64,000 bases of DNA. Origin: Acidobacteriota bacterium. GTDB lineage: Bacteria; Acidobacteriota; Terriglobia; 2-12-FULL-54-10. The notes beneath the pieces are model-generated. The model was not told the origin of the DNA. It did not search any database and saw only the letters and a list, made by a program, of their open reading frames with translations. The DNA is taken from NCBI GenBank assembly GCA_016199675.1, contig JACQGE010000126.1, positions 1,527-65,526 of the forward strand. Direction: 5' to 3'. The first letter of the stretch is position 1. Each line of letters opens with the position of its first letter. Below are positions 36,495 to 45,981 of this stretch, piece after piece. Both the position numbers and the translations under genes were made by a program.

Positions 36495-37382
36495 ATGCGC
36501 GTAGCAAAGCTAGCGTTCATTGGTGCGCTGCTATTTTGCTCTACGGCACTGGCGCAGTTTGGAGGACGCCAGGGCGATGTCGTGCTGTATTTACTGACGG
36601 CCAAAGGCAGCGGCGAATTCCAAGTCCTGCCCGCAGGCACGACAAACAGCGCAGCAGCGTCGGCTGCTTTCCGCATCATTCCCCTGGACTCGGTTTCGGC
36701 CGTCGCCTCCCCTCCGTTCCCGATTTTTCGTCAGGTTTTTTACGAAGTGGATGATGAGATCTTCCAGTTCGTCACGGACCCGGAGGCCGCTATCGGCCTG
36801 CACCGGGTCTTTCTGAAAACGACCAAGGTATTCGTCGTACATGGCTCCGACAATACTTTCGGAAGCTTCGTTACGTCGTTTCCTACCTACGCGTCGTTCC
36901 CCGGTGACCTGGACGTTGAAGGCGAAATCGTGCTGGAGGACCTCCAGTTTCTGGCGTGGACTCCCATGAAGTGGCCCATTCTTGCAGTGGTTGACAAGCG
37001 AGGTCCGATTGGCGATCCAAATGTCTCAGGCTTGGAATGGTTCTTCGGAAATGCGGTGGGGATTAAGGTTCCGTTCCTGGTTCCGTGGACGCCCCTGCGG
37101 CGGAGCAGCGGTGCAGGCTGGCAGCAGGGTATTGATCTGAAGATGCTGGATACGGACCCCAGCGTCGGAATCACCGCAAGGCTGTTGCGTTTGCGCCCTG
37201 GCAGACGCACGCCTATTTTGCGGATGGGGGGACACACGCACTTGTTCGTCTTGCAGGGGCAGATGGAACTTTTGCCAGCCGGTTCCGGAGCCGTTCCTCT
37301 GGTCCGAAACGATTACGCCTTTCTTCCCCCAGGCTATGCATTCAGGCTCTCGAATCCCAAGCCGTACGACGGACCCGATTAG
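36495..37382 (+). CDS. Secreted hypothetical protein with a C-terminal cupin-like domain, paralog 2
   Basis: It is collinear with paralog 1 (FGGRQGDVVLYLLTAKGSGEFQVLPAGTTNS... ...RLLRLRPGRRTPILRMGGHTHLFVLQGQMEL...SNPKPYDGPD). Confidence 0.5.
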   Translation: MRVAKLAFIGALLFCSTALAQFGGRQGDVVLYLLTAKGSGEFQVLPAGTTNSAAASAAFRIIPLDSVSAVASPPFPIFRQVFYEVDDEIFQFVTDPEAAIGLHRVFLKTTKVFVVHGSDNTFGSFVTSFPTYASFPGDLDVEGEIVLEDLQFLAWTPMKWPILAVVDKRGPIGDPNVSGLEWFFGNAVGIKVPFLVPWTPLRRSSGAGWQQGIDLKMLDTDPSVGITARLLRLRPGRRTPILRMGGHTHLFVLQGQMELLPAGSGAVPLVRNDYAFLPPGYAFRLSNPKPYDGPD

Positions 37383-38671
37383 TGGCAGATATGAGAAGAA
37401 AACGAACGATCCTCTTGTTACTCATCCTGATGCCCTGTCTCGAAGCGGCAGCGCAGACGGGTCGGCTTGACGTCACCACATTCGTTGTCCTCGGGGAGGG
37501 GCTCGCGGCAGGAATGGCGGACTTCACGCTGAAGGAGACATACCAGACGAGGAGTTTTCCGGCTCTTCTGGCACAGCAGATGAAAACCGCGTTCCCGCAG
37601 CCTCTGATCCAGCCGCCAGGAATCGGCAATGCCGTTGGCTTCTCGGAATTACCGGCAGCGATTCCGGGCAAACAACAAACGACCGTTCGGAAAGGATTCC
37701 CCCCAGGCCTGTTCATCTTTAATCTTTCGGTCCCTGGCTTTCGCGTCTCGGATGCTATTCGAGCCCGCCCGGCTCGGCCCCTGGTGCAGAGCGACAATCC
37801 CCGGCAGACGATGATTAACATGACGCTGGGCTACCCCGCGCTCTTGTTGGATAAGACGGTCCCGTTGTGGACGCAATTGGAATACGCCCAGCAAATGCGC
37901 CCGACGATGGTCCTGATCGAGCTTGGTTATTATGATGTACTCGATGCCGCCGTCAGAGGGAACGCTAGTTTGCTGCCAGATGTGGCAGCGTTCCGATCGG
38001 ATTACGCCCAGATTCTGAACGAACTGAAAGGAACCTTCGCCGATATCATCGTAACGACAATTCCCGATCCGTTCGACACGGCCTATTTCACCTCTCCCGC
38101 GGCGGCCACCAGGCTGCTGGGAGCTCCGGAATCGGTGTTGGTTCGCCTCTACAATTTGAGGTCCGGCGATTTATTCACCGTCCCTGGGATTATGGCGGTC
38201 GGAAGCCAGATTCAGAAGAGGTCTATCCTCCCACTGGCTGCCGGGGAGGTGCTGGACCAGCAGACGGCTGATCAAATCCGCGCTCGAGTGCGCGCCTTGA
38301 ATAGCGAGATCAATACCTTGGCGCAACAGAACGGCGCCGTTGTATTCGACTTGAATGCGCTCTTTGCTCGCTTTAAGTCTCAAGGGATAACCATCGGAAA
38401 CCGCCCGTTAAGCGCAGATTATCAGGGTGGAATCTATTCTCTAAATGGCTATTACCCCGGCATGACGGGCCATGCCGTCATTGCTAATGAACTGATCGGT
38501 TTTCTCAACAGAACTTTTGGCTCGTCATTCCCGCTGGTGGATCCGGCAGCAGCTCTTGCTGAAGATCCCGCCGTCCGGGCCGCACCGCAGCGCGGGAAAA
38601 AATACGAACTTGAGGAATGGCAGCAGATCTTTCCGCAACTCCTGAATCCAACCGAAGGAGAGGCACAATGA
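37382..38671 (+). CDS. Secreted hypothetical protein, possibly SGNH/GDSL-like fold with substituted catalytic residues
   Basis: There is a signal peptide. VVLGEGLAAGMAD occupies the position where a GDSL block I would be. GHAVIAN lies near the C-terminus. The assignment is tentative. Confidence 0.35.
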   Translation: MADMRRKRTILLLLILMPCLEAAAQTGRLDVTTFVVLGEGLAAGMADFTLKETYQTRSFPALLAQQMKTAFPQPLIQPPGIGNAVGFSELPAAIPGKQQTTVRKGFPPGLFIFNLSVPGFRVSDAIRARPARPLVQSDNPRQTMINMTLGYPALLLDKTVPLWTQLEYAQQMRPTMVLIELGYYDVLDAAVRGNASLLPDVAAFRSDYAQILNELKGTFADIIVTTIPDPFDTAYFTSPAAATRLLGAPESVLVRLYNLRSGDLFTVPGIMAVGSQIQKRSILPLAAGEVLDQQTADQIRARVRALNSEINTLAQQNGAVVFDLNALFARFKSQGITIGNRPLSADYQGGIYSLNGYYPGMTGHAVIANELIGFLNRTFGSSFPLVDPAAALAEDPAVRAAPQRGKKYELEEWQQIFPQLLNPTEGEAQ

Positions 38672-40494
38672 ATCGCTGCGGCTGGTTTGTCTCCTTGGCT
38701 CTTGTGCTTCTGCCGTCTTATCTGCAAGCTCAGACACCGCTGAAGCTGCCGCCCGGCCTGACGCAAATCCTTCCTATCAACAAGGATGCCAGCTATGTGG
38801 GCGATGCAATCCGCGTGGCCGATTGTCCCAGGGATGAAGACAATCCTTTCGGGGCTTGCGGCAATTTTCTGTTCGGCGGTCTGGCGTTGATGGACAGCCA
38901 TCTGGAAGGAATGATCCAGATTCGATTTTTTCCGCCGGTCAACAACATTGCTCACTTCGAACTGACCCATCCGGCCAATCTGCGAGGTGAGGATGCCGTA
39001 TTGAAAGCCCCGGTCTTTTATGAACTCCCGGTGCAGGAAAACTTCATTATTGATCCCATTGCAGACGTCTCCAGCGGCGATTTAAATTTGCTCACCGGCG
39101 AAGTGACCAATTTGCGCTACACGGTACTGGTTTTTAATAGCTTCTATACGGCATTCCAGAACGTGAACCCCAACCTTAAAGCATCAGCCTTCGTTTTCCC
39201 CGGGCTTTACGGATCGGCCAAAGCGGAATTCCAGCAGCGTCCCGACGGACTGCTGGACTTTACGTTGACCGCGACTACTTTTCTTCCGCTCGGCAACAAA
39301 ATTCTTGAAGACCCGGTTCGCATGCCTCTGCCATTTTGCGGGCCGTTGTTGCAATGTGGCAGTATCGAGGCTCCGGGCACCAGTTTTCATCCCCATGTGC
39401 GCATCAGCACGGGCCCGCTGTCTGATCCCGAATGCGGAGACAACTGCCCGGCGATTTCGCCCAATTCCGTGCAGCTTTATACCGCGTATTCCTACAACAC
39501 GACCCTTGGCGATAATTTCCAACTGAACGCTCCGGAGTTGGGCGGCCCCGCCGAGGCGCGTTCGCATATTTCCGGCCGCATTCAGATTCAGTTTGGCGAA
39601 CGAACGGGGGACTTCGTTCCCTTCTCCGTTTCGATGCTGCCGCCGGAGGCGTTGCTGGCCGAGCCTCCTGGAGAGGCGCCGTTCCCCGGTTTTTCGTTGG
39701 GCCTGTTGGGGCAATCCGAGTTCTTGCGGTTTCCGAAATCGACGTACTTTTTCCGGGATGTCATCACAGCGGATGATCCCTTCGAGGTTGCCGTGGGCCA
39801 ATTGAATCTGAAGACTGGACATTCCGTCGGCGATTTCAACTATCGGTTTATTTTCAGCCAGAACATGTTTCAAGCCATTCTCGAGATTAATCCCGGTCTC
39901 GCGCCAGCAGCACAGGTCGTTCGGGGACCGCTGAGCTTCGAACAGGGCGCCAACGGCCAGACTGTCTTTCGCTATAACGGCGAGATCCTGGTTTCTTTGC
40001 CGGGGATCATATTCCCACGACCGGATTTGAATTCGGGATTTGCAACGGGTCCGGATTCTAAATTCGATGTGTTTCTCCGCTTGCAAGCCATGCATCCTGT
40101 TGATCCGCCCCGGACAACCAAAAGTGGCTCAGCCAGCAATGTTCTGTCGTCAGCCGGAGACCTTTTTTCCTACAACTACTTCATTCGCTGCAATGCGCCT
40201 TCGGAGGACGCGTCCTTTGAATACACTAACAATAATCCCTCCAATGGGGGAACCTTCCGAATGCAAAGCATCGCTGCCGTAAGCTGTACCAATTCGCGAA
40301 ACTCTCGCGCAGCGCCTGGCGACTATGACACGGTGACCTTCACGGGCTTTGGCACGTGGAGCAAGGACTCGCAGCCACACGCTGCGTCGGTGCAGTTTTC
40401 TGTTGCGCCGGATTCTCCCTATGTCTACATCATGATTGACGCTGGGTTCACTTCGCAGGCGAATACAAAGCCGGACGCAACAACTTTCCCGTGA
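38668..40494 (+). CDS. Large secreted hypothetical protein
   Basis: The signal peptide is MNRCGWFVSLALVLLPSYLQAQ. There is an ATGA overlap with the previous gene. The sequence is Gly/Pro/Asn-rich and probably beta-rich. Confidence 0.5.
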   Translation: MNRCGWFVSLALVLLPSYLQAQTPLKLPPGLTQILPINKDASYVGDAIRVADCPRDEDNPFGACGNFLFGGLALMDSHLEGMIQIRFFPPVNNIAHFELTHPANLRGEDAVLKAPVFYELPVQENFIIDPIADVSSGDLNLLTGEVTNLRYTVLVFNSFYTAFQNVNPNLKASAFVFPGLYGSAKAEFQQRPDGLLDFTLTATTFLPLGNKILEDPVRMPLPFCGPLLQCGSIEAPGTSFHPHVRISTGPLSDPECGDNCPAISPNSVQLYTAYSYNTTLGDNFQLNAPELGGPAEARSHISGRIQIQFGERTGDFVPFSVSMLPPEALLAEPPGEAPFPGFSLGLLGQSEFLRFPKSTYFFRDVITADDPFEVAVGQLNLKTGHSVGDFNYRFIFSQNMFQAILEINPGLAPAAQVVRGPLSFEQGANGQTVFRYNGEILVSLPGIIFPRPDLNSGFATGPDSKFDVFLRLQAMHPVDPPRTTKSGSASNVLSSAGDLFSYNYFIRCNAPSEDASFEYTNNNPSNGGTFRMQSIAAVSCTNSRNSRAAPGDYDTVTFTGFGTWSKDSQPHAASVQFSVAPDSPYVYIMIDAGFTSQANTKPDATTFP

Positions 40495-40527
40495 TCGGTT
40501 GGAAATCTCTGGACACGGGACGCCAGA

Positions 40528-41013
40528 GTGTACCAGAATGAGACTTACCAAATACCGGTAAGGAGGTGCGGGGTTATGACAGGAATGCGGGTTTGCATGC
40601 TTTCCGGCTTTGTGGCTACATTGTGCGGCATATCCCAGTCCATGTACGCTGCGGAAATCACAGTTCAAGTGAGCGGTTTCCGCAATGACAAGGGCAGCGC
40701 GATTATCTACCTTTGGAATGGCAAATCGGGTTTCCCGCGGGATACGACCAAATCCTTTCAGCAGAAGCCCGTTCCGATCGAGGGGACATCTGCGAAGGTC
40801 ACCTTCACCGATATTGCTCCGGGCGACTATGCGGTTAGCGTGACCCACGACGAAAATAGCAGCGGCAAGATGGACACGGGCTTTATGGGCAGGCCAAAAG
40901 AAGGATACGGCGTTTCGAACAACATTAAGAAATTTCTTCCGCCCTCGTTTGATGAGTGCAAGATCACCCTGGATGACAATGGCAAAACCATTGATATCCA
41001 AGTTAGATACTAG
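40528..41013 (+). CDS. DUF2141-like secreted protein
   Basis: THDENSSGKMDTGFMGRPKEGYGVSNN resembles the conserved DEN-x-NGK-D...G-P-EGYGFSNN core of DUF2141. Confidence 0.55.
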   Translation: MYQNETYQIPVRRCGVMTGMRVCMLSGFVATLCGISQSMYAAEITVQVSGFRNDKGSAIIYLWNGKSGFPRDTTKSFQQKPVPIEGTSAKVTFTDIAPGDYAVSVTHDENSSGKMDTGFMGRPKEGYGVSNNIKKFLPPSFDECKITLDDNGKTIDIQVRY

Positions 41014-41107
41014 CAATTCGCTACCAAGGATCGCCGCAAAAACGCCGAGGGATTTCCGGCATGTCGCTTTTTTGGTCCTGAAGACGTTTTCCCCCCGAAA
41101 ATAATCT

Positions 41108-42163
41108 ATGAGCGTTCCAAACCACCTTACGGACAAATCCTCCTTTCTGGCCAGCAACGCGGAAATTGCCTACCGTGATGCTTCCTTATTACTTTCGTGG
41201 TGGAAGGAGAAACAGGCCAACGGAACTCTAAAGACCTTTCTCGCTGGCGTCCCTGACTCACCTTCCCTTCAAGTGGAGTGTTTTTACGATACGTTTGTTC
41301 TCCATGGGAAACAGACCGCTTTAATGGGTTGTGTGTGGAAATCGCAGTATCCGCGAAACCGAAGCGCGGAAATAAGCCTCCCATTGACTCTGGAATCCTT
41401 TATCCAGACTCAATTTCTGGATTGTTGTCGGTGGGCTCACCCCGATACACTTCCTGGAGGTTTTGGGTTCATCCCCCTTCAGTACAAGATGCGGGCAACC
41501 GGGGAATATGGCGTCTTCACAAAAAAAGAGCCGTCCCTCGACCTGAGCCAGATTGGTAAAGACTATGAATGGGTAATTCTAGAGGCTGTCGTTCACGATT
41601 TTTTCCGGAATATGCCGCGATTCAATTTTGGTCCCAAAATCCTTTCCCGGTTGCCCAAAATGGCTTCTTACGTTTTAGTGCATAGGGATTACTTCTCTCC
41701 CCTCAATCCTTCCCTGGAAGGAGCGAAAGACGAATGCTGTTTTGGTTATTCATTCCTGCCGTGCCCCGTCGTTCAGTCGGTTTTCGGATATGGGCCGGGG
41801 CAGTTTACTGCTGCAGTAAAGCAATTTCAGTTCGCCCTTTTGGAGAATGGCAACATCGGAATCAAAATGTTTTTCCTGGTTTGCCCCCGGAGCGAGAAGA
41901 TACTTTCTTTGCGGGGATTTGATCCCATTTATTCCTCGATTCATCTGCTGAATGCATTAACGTTTGGGGTTTTTAATCTCAAGCGGCGAGTTCACGACCG
42001 AGTAGATTCTTTCTCGCTGGCGATGCATGCGAAAATATATCAGAACTTATTGGACGGAATGAAAGAAGTCTGGGAAAACCAAAATTGGATCGAAAGAAAC
42101 CTTCAGAGCAGTCCCCTGAACGTTGTGACCTCTCTCTCCGGTAATTCTCCGGAATCGCAATAA
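41108..42163 (+). CDS. Hypothetical protein
   Basis: This is a long ORF with consistent codon usage. I could recognise no domain. Confidence 0.4.
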   Translation: MSVPNHLTDKSSFLASNAEIAYRDASLLLSWWKEKQANGTLKTFLAGVPDSPSLQVECFYDTFVLHGKQTALMGCVWKSQYPRNRSAEISLPLTLESFIQTQFLDCCRWAHPDTLPGGFGFIPLQYKMRATGEYGVFTKKEPSLDLSQIGKDYEWVILEAVVHDFFRNMPRFNFGPKILSRLPKMASYVLVHRDYFSPLNPSLEGAKDECCFGYSFLPCPVVQSVFGYGPGQFTAAVKQFQFALLENGNIGIKMFFLVCPRSEKILSLRGFDPIYSSIHLLNALTFGVFNLKRRVHDRVDSFSLAMHAKIYQNLLDGMKEVWENQNWIERNLQSSPLNVVTSLSGNSPESQ

Positions 42164-42197
42164 ACTCCAGGCGGTTAGTTCGTTCCAAAATTTTAGT

Positions 42198-43778
42198 TTA
42201 AGCTCTTACCGGAGAGACCGCCCGCTGGAAGGGTGGAATGACGGGCGCCGTGCCGTCCAGCACTCGTCCCCAGTAGATGCTTTTCCTCCGCGCCAGCATG
42301 TGGTTGATGTTTTGCTGCACGATATCTTGCACGTAACGGCTCAAATCCCTGACCAGTTTGTCGTTCTCAGCATCCTCCGGCTTCAATCCCGCCAGCGATA
42401 TTGGCTTCAGAATCCGCACATGCCACTTCGACGGATTTGGGACGACCGGAAGGAACGGGAAGGGAGGAGCAATGGGGAAATAGGGCCAGTCAAATTCTTT
42501 CGTTACATAACCCCAATGAATCCGGCCAATAATCGGAAATATCTCTGCGTGTCCAATCACAGCCGCAGGCACGATGGGCGACTGGTTCTCGATCGCCATC
42601 CGAGCAAACGCACTTTTAGAAAAATTGCGGAGCCGGTACGCAGATTTGTATGGCGTGAAGGTCCCTCGGATTCCTTCCGGGAAAGTGCCTACCAGATTTC
42701 CTCGGCGGAATAATAATTCCACGTTTCGCTGGGTAGCCACTACTCCACCCAATTTGGTCAAAAAGTTGCACAGAAACGGCATTTTCAGCAAGCCGGGGAT
42801 AATGATAAACCGGATGATTCGTCCTGTGTGCGTCAGGACCAGTGACAGGTGCATCACAGCGTCTAGTGGCATGAAACCGCGATGATTGCTGATGAACATG
42901 GCCGGGCCGGTGCGGGGAATATTTTCCATTCCCTCGAATTCGATTCGCCAATAGACTTTCCGGAGAAATGCAAACCACCAACCCCAGGCGCGAATGTAGT
43001 CCACGTCAAGACCCCATTCATCGTATGGCTTCCCGAGCAATTCCAGCCGAGCGCCGGGTTTGCTTCTCACAAATTCCGCAAGCGCCCCTATCGTCGTGAG
43101 CTCCGGCTTGAATCCCAACTCCCGCATCGCCCGGTCGCCAGAAACTGTCCAGTTATACTCCAGTTCCTCAATCGTCTCATTGCCGAAAGGAAAATGAAAC
43201 GCCTTCAACAGAGGTATGCGCATCGTTCCCGAAGCGCGAAGTGCCTTTTTAAGCGGAATCGTGCCTTCTCCGGCGGCATTGAAAACACCCGTTGCGTCCG
43301 ATTCCGCCGCTGCCACCAGGGCGCGCGCCGCATCCTTCAGGCTGATGAATTGGATACTGGGATCGCGACCGGCGAGCGATACCGCAGCTTTCCCGGCCAA
43401 TTGTCGTACGAGTAGGTCGCCTTCTTCAGTTGACAATACATTGGTTAGCCGCACCGCAGCCCAGTTTGAAAATCGGCAAGCAATTTGTTCGGCTCGTAGC
43501 CAGCGTTGCTCGGGCGCATTTTCAGGCAGCAGGGAGACCCGTTCCTCGGTCATCAAGCCGGGATTCTTTGCGTTAGAGCCATACGCGCAGGAATGACTTC
43601 GCAACACCAATCGTCGAAAGCCACCTCGCTCCACTAAAGCTTTGAGATTCTCCAATGATCCCGGTAGATAAATAATTCGGTCGGCGCCATCTTCTGATGC
43701 TAGATGCCCTCGGCGGGCAAGTTCCGCCCGCGTTGCCTGCGCCAGCGGACCCTCAAAACCCAGGACGGCGATCTTCAT
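42198..43778 (-). CDS. Fusion protein: an N-terminal NAD(P)-binding Rossmann-like (epimerase/reductase-like) domain and a C-terminal lysophospholipid (PlsC-type) acyltransferase
   Basis: The N-terminus MKIAVLGFEGPLA resembles a Rossmann start. The C-terminal half carries NHRGFMPLD (the HxxxxD acyltransferase motif) and FPEGIRG (the FPEG-TR motif). Confidence 0.75.
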   Translation of the reverse strand: MKIAVLGFEGPLAQATRAELARRGHLASEDGADRIIYLPGSLENLKALVERGGFRRLVLRSHSCAYGSNAKNPGLMTEERVSLLPENAPEQRWLRAEQIACRFSNWAAVRLTNVLSTEEGDLLVRQLAGKAAVSLAGRDPSIQFISLKDAARALVAAAESDATGVFNAAGEGTIPLKKALRASGTMRIPLLKAFHFPFGNETIEELEYNWTVSGDRAMRELGFKPELTTIGALAEFVRSKPGARLELLGKPYDEWGLDVDYIRAWGWWFAFLRKVYWRIEFEGMENIPRTGPAMFISNHRGFMPLDAVMHLSLVLTHTGRIIRFIIIPGLLKMPFLCNFLTKLGGVVATQRNVELLFRRGNLVGTFPEGIRGTFTPYKSAYRLRNFSKSAFARMAIENQSPIVPAAVIGHAEIFPIIGRIHWGYVTKEFDWPYFPIAPPFPFLPVVPNPSKWHVRILKPISLAGLKPEDAENDKLVRDLSRYVQDIVQQNINHMLARRKSIYWGRVLDGTAPVIPPFQRAVSPVRA

Positions 43779-44401
43779 GAATTCACGATTCCCCGCAAGA
43801 GAATGTCGGACATCTCGCGCACGACACGCTCTTCATCGAGGGGTTCTACCTGCTTGCCACCAAACAACTCCACGATGAGGAGAATGCCGGTCAACGCTGC
43901 CAGAAACAGAGCGGCGGCCGCCTCCACATCCACATCATCGCGCAATTCTCCTCGCCGTTTTCGGACATTCAGGAACTCGGTAAACAGTAACCGCCCCTGC
44001 AAAATGAACTTTCTGTAGAACAGGGCCCCGATCTCCGGATTCCGCATCGCCTCGCCCAGCAGATTGCCCAAAAAAGGAACCCGGTTCCGGTACTCCTGGA
44101 GCATGATCTTGGCAAGCACTTGGAGTTCATCTTGAAGCGTCTCGCTCGGAAAACGCAGTTCTGGAGAAGCCACCGCCCCGGCGATCAATTCCAATTCGCG
44201 TTCCAGCAGAGCCGCCAGGATGTTTTCTTTGGAGTGATAGTGTCGCACGATATCGAATGCGGTCACCCCGCAGGCATGCGTCAACTGCTCCAGAGTAATT
44301 TCGGAGGGACTGTGGCTGGACATCAACTGCATCGCTGTTTCCAACACAAGTCGCTGCTGTTCGGGAGTCAGTACGCCGGAACCCATGAACTCTACCTTCA
44401 C
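43775..44401 (-). CDS. TetR/AcrR-family transcriptional regulator
   Basis: The N-terminal HTH region is ...SEITLEQLTHACGVTAFDIVRHYHSKENIL... Its size is typical, and its stop overlaps the next gene. Confidence 0.7.
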   Translation of the reverse strand: MKVEFMGSGVLTPEQQRLVLETAMQLMSSHSPSEITLEQLTHACGVTAFDIVRHYHSKENILAALLERELELIAGAVASPELRFPSETLQDELQVLAKIMLQEYRNRVPFLGNLLGEAMRNPEIGALFYRKFILQGRLLFTEFLNVRKRRGELRDDVDVEAAAALFLAALTGILLIVELFGGKQVEPLDEERVVREMSDILLRGIVNS

Positions 44402-45948
44402 TGCCGCACTTCGGTTGGGGTTAGATGGGCCGCCGACCGAAAAGCGAAGTATTCGGACGCCAGGCGAGCCCCGTCTTCCTTCCCCGTCAAGATCATCTGT
44501 GCGACCCGCTGCGCCGAGATAATAACCGGTGTGATGCCGCCTCCCGGTTGCGTCCAGTGTCCCACCAAGTACAGGTTCTCAATAGGAGTCGCGTTCGGCA
44601 GCCGTGCCGAACCCAGTTGCCCCGGCGACATTTCCCAACCCAGCATTGCCCCCTGCCAGTTGTTGGTGAACTGGTACGATGTCATTGCCGAAGCGCTCAA
44701 TTTGACCACAATATGATCCTCAATTCCTGGCAGGATTTCGCGCAGGCGCTCCAGAATCCGGTTTTCTACTGCCTCCTTATGCGCCGCCCAGTCGGTGATT
44801 TCTTCCAAGCGCACCGGCGATAGTTTTTGGACAATCAAAATTTGGCAGCCGGATGGGGCCACGTCCGGATCGAAACGAGTTGGAATGAAGATTTTGAATA
44901 CATTGCGGATAGCATCTTCCGCCTCATAGGAACTCCAATAATACCCTTCCGCCTCCGCAAGTTTTTCTGGATCCATGCCCCGTAAGCCAATGTGTATCAG
45001 AAAACAAGGGTAACTGGGCCGTAGCGATTCCATGTAATCAATCAACCACCGTCCACAAGATTTCTCACCGATCAAGTCACGGTACGTGTGAATCGCATCA
45101 GCGTTGGAGACTACCACCGGGGCACGAAACACATATTCTTGCGACGGCCGCTTGGAGATTGTGCGGATTCGCACTCCTTGAACTTTTCCGCTTTCGATGA
45201 GAATATGCTCGGCTGATGCACATTTCAGAATCTTACCTCCGCGCAGTTCCAGTGCCTGGCCCAGATCGTTGGCGAATTTCTGGGAACTGCCGCGAGGATA
45301 GTAGTTTCCCAGGAAATAGGAGAGGCGGAGCATGGCGTCGAATAAATACGAAGTTTGGTTCGGCAAAGAACCCCAATGCGGCGTGTCCGCCATGAGGAGT
45401 GCCTTCAATCGCGGGTCGTGAAAGTGTTCATCTAGCTTATCCATCACTGTGTATTTCTCAAAGCGACGAGCGGGTTCGTTATCCACGCCCTTGAAATAAA
45501 ACAGCAAGCCATACAAATAGGCTTGCCGTAGTTCCGAAAAATATCGGTCAATCGCCGTTGCCTCCTCTGGAAACCATGCTTTCAGCTTCTCAAGATATTT
45601 TCCGAAATCGGCTGGAACCGAAAAAGGTGGCAAAGAAGGAAAATGGAACTGGTCAACAGGTTCCATCTTTATCCATTGCGTTTGAATCTTCAGTTGTTTC
45701 AATAACTTGCCTGTAAGTGTGGTTTCGTTTCCGAGCAAAGGATAGAAATGGGTTGCTGCGTCAAATATAAAACCTTTTCTGCGAAATGTAGAACAAAATC
45801 CGCCCAGCATATAATGCCGCTCGAGCAGCAAAACCTTCACTCCGTTCTGAGCCAGCAGATTAGCGCAAAAAAGTCCCCCGATGCCGCTGCCAATTATAAT
45901 AGCGTCAAATTGTTCCGGGTATTCCCGGCCAAAAATAGCATAGGCCAT
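44398..45948 (-). CDS. Phytoene-desaturase-family (CrtI/CrtD-like) FAD-dependent oxidoreductase
   Basis: FDAIIIGSGIGGLFCANLLAQNGVKVLLLER is a dinucleotide-binding motif in CrtI-like context. The protein is about 516 aa long. Confidence 0.75.
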   Translation of the reverse strand: MAYAIFGREYPEQFDAIIIGSGIGGLFCANLLAQNGVKVLLLERHYMLGGFCSTFRRKGFIFDAATHFYPLLGNETTLTGKLLKQLKIQTQWIKMEPVDQFHFPSLPPFSVPADFGKYLEKLKAWFPEEATAIDRYFSELRQAYLYGLLFYFKGVDNEPARRFEKYTVMDKLDEHFHDPRLKALLMADTPHWGSLPNQTSYLFDAMLRLSYFLGNYYPRGSSQKFANDLGQALELRGGKILKCASAEHILIESGKVQGVRIRTISKRPSQEYVFRAPVVVSNADAIHTYRDLIGEKSCGRWLIDYMESLRPSYPCFLIHIGLRGMDPEKLAEAEGYYWSSYEAEDAIRNVFKIFIPTRFDPDVAPSGCQILIVQKLSPVRLEEITDWAAHKEAVENRILERLREILPGIEDHIVVKLSASAMTSYQFTNNWQGAMLGWEMSPGQLGSARLPNATPIENLYLVGHWTQPGGGITPVIISAQRVAQMILTGKEDGARLASEYFAFRSAAHLTPTEVRQ

Positions 45949-45981
45949 TTCTACCGCCTTTTAGCGATCCCTTTAAATCCT

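Noticed and set aside
40150-41157. A 335-aa minus-strand ORF
   Set aside because: It overlaps the 3' end of the well-supported secreted-protein gene (38668..40494) and all of the DUF2141-like gene on the opposite strand. It has no recognisable motifs. This is a typical antisense artefact in GC-rich DNA.
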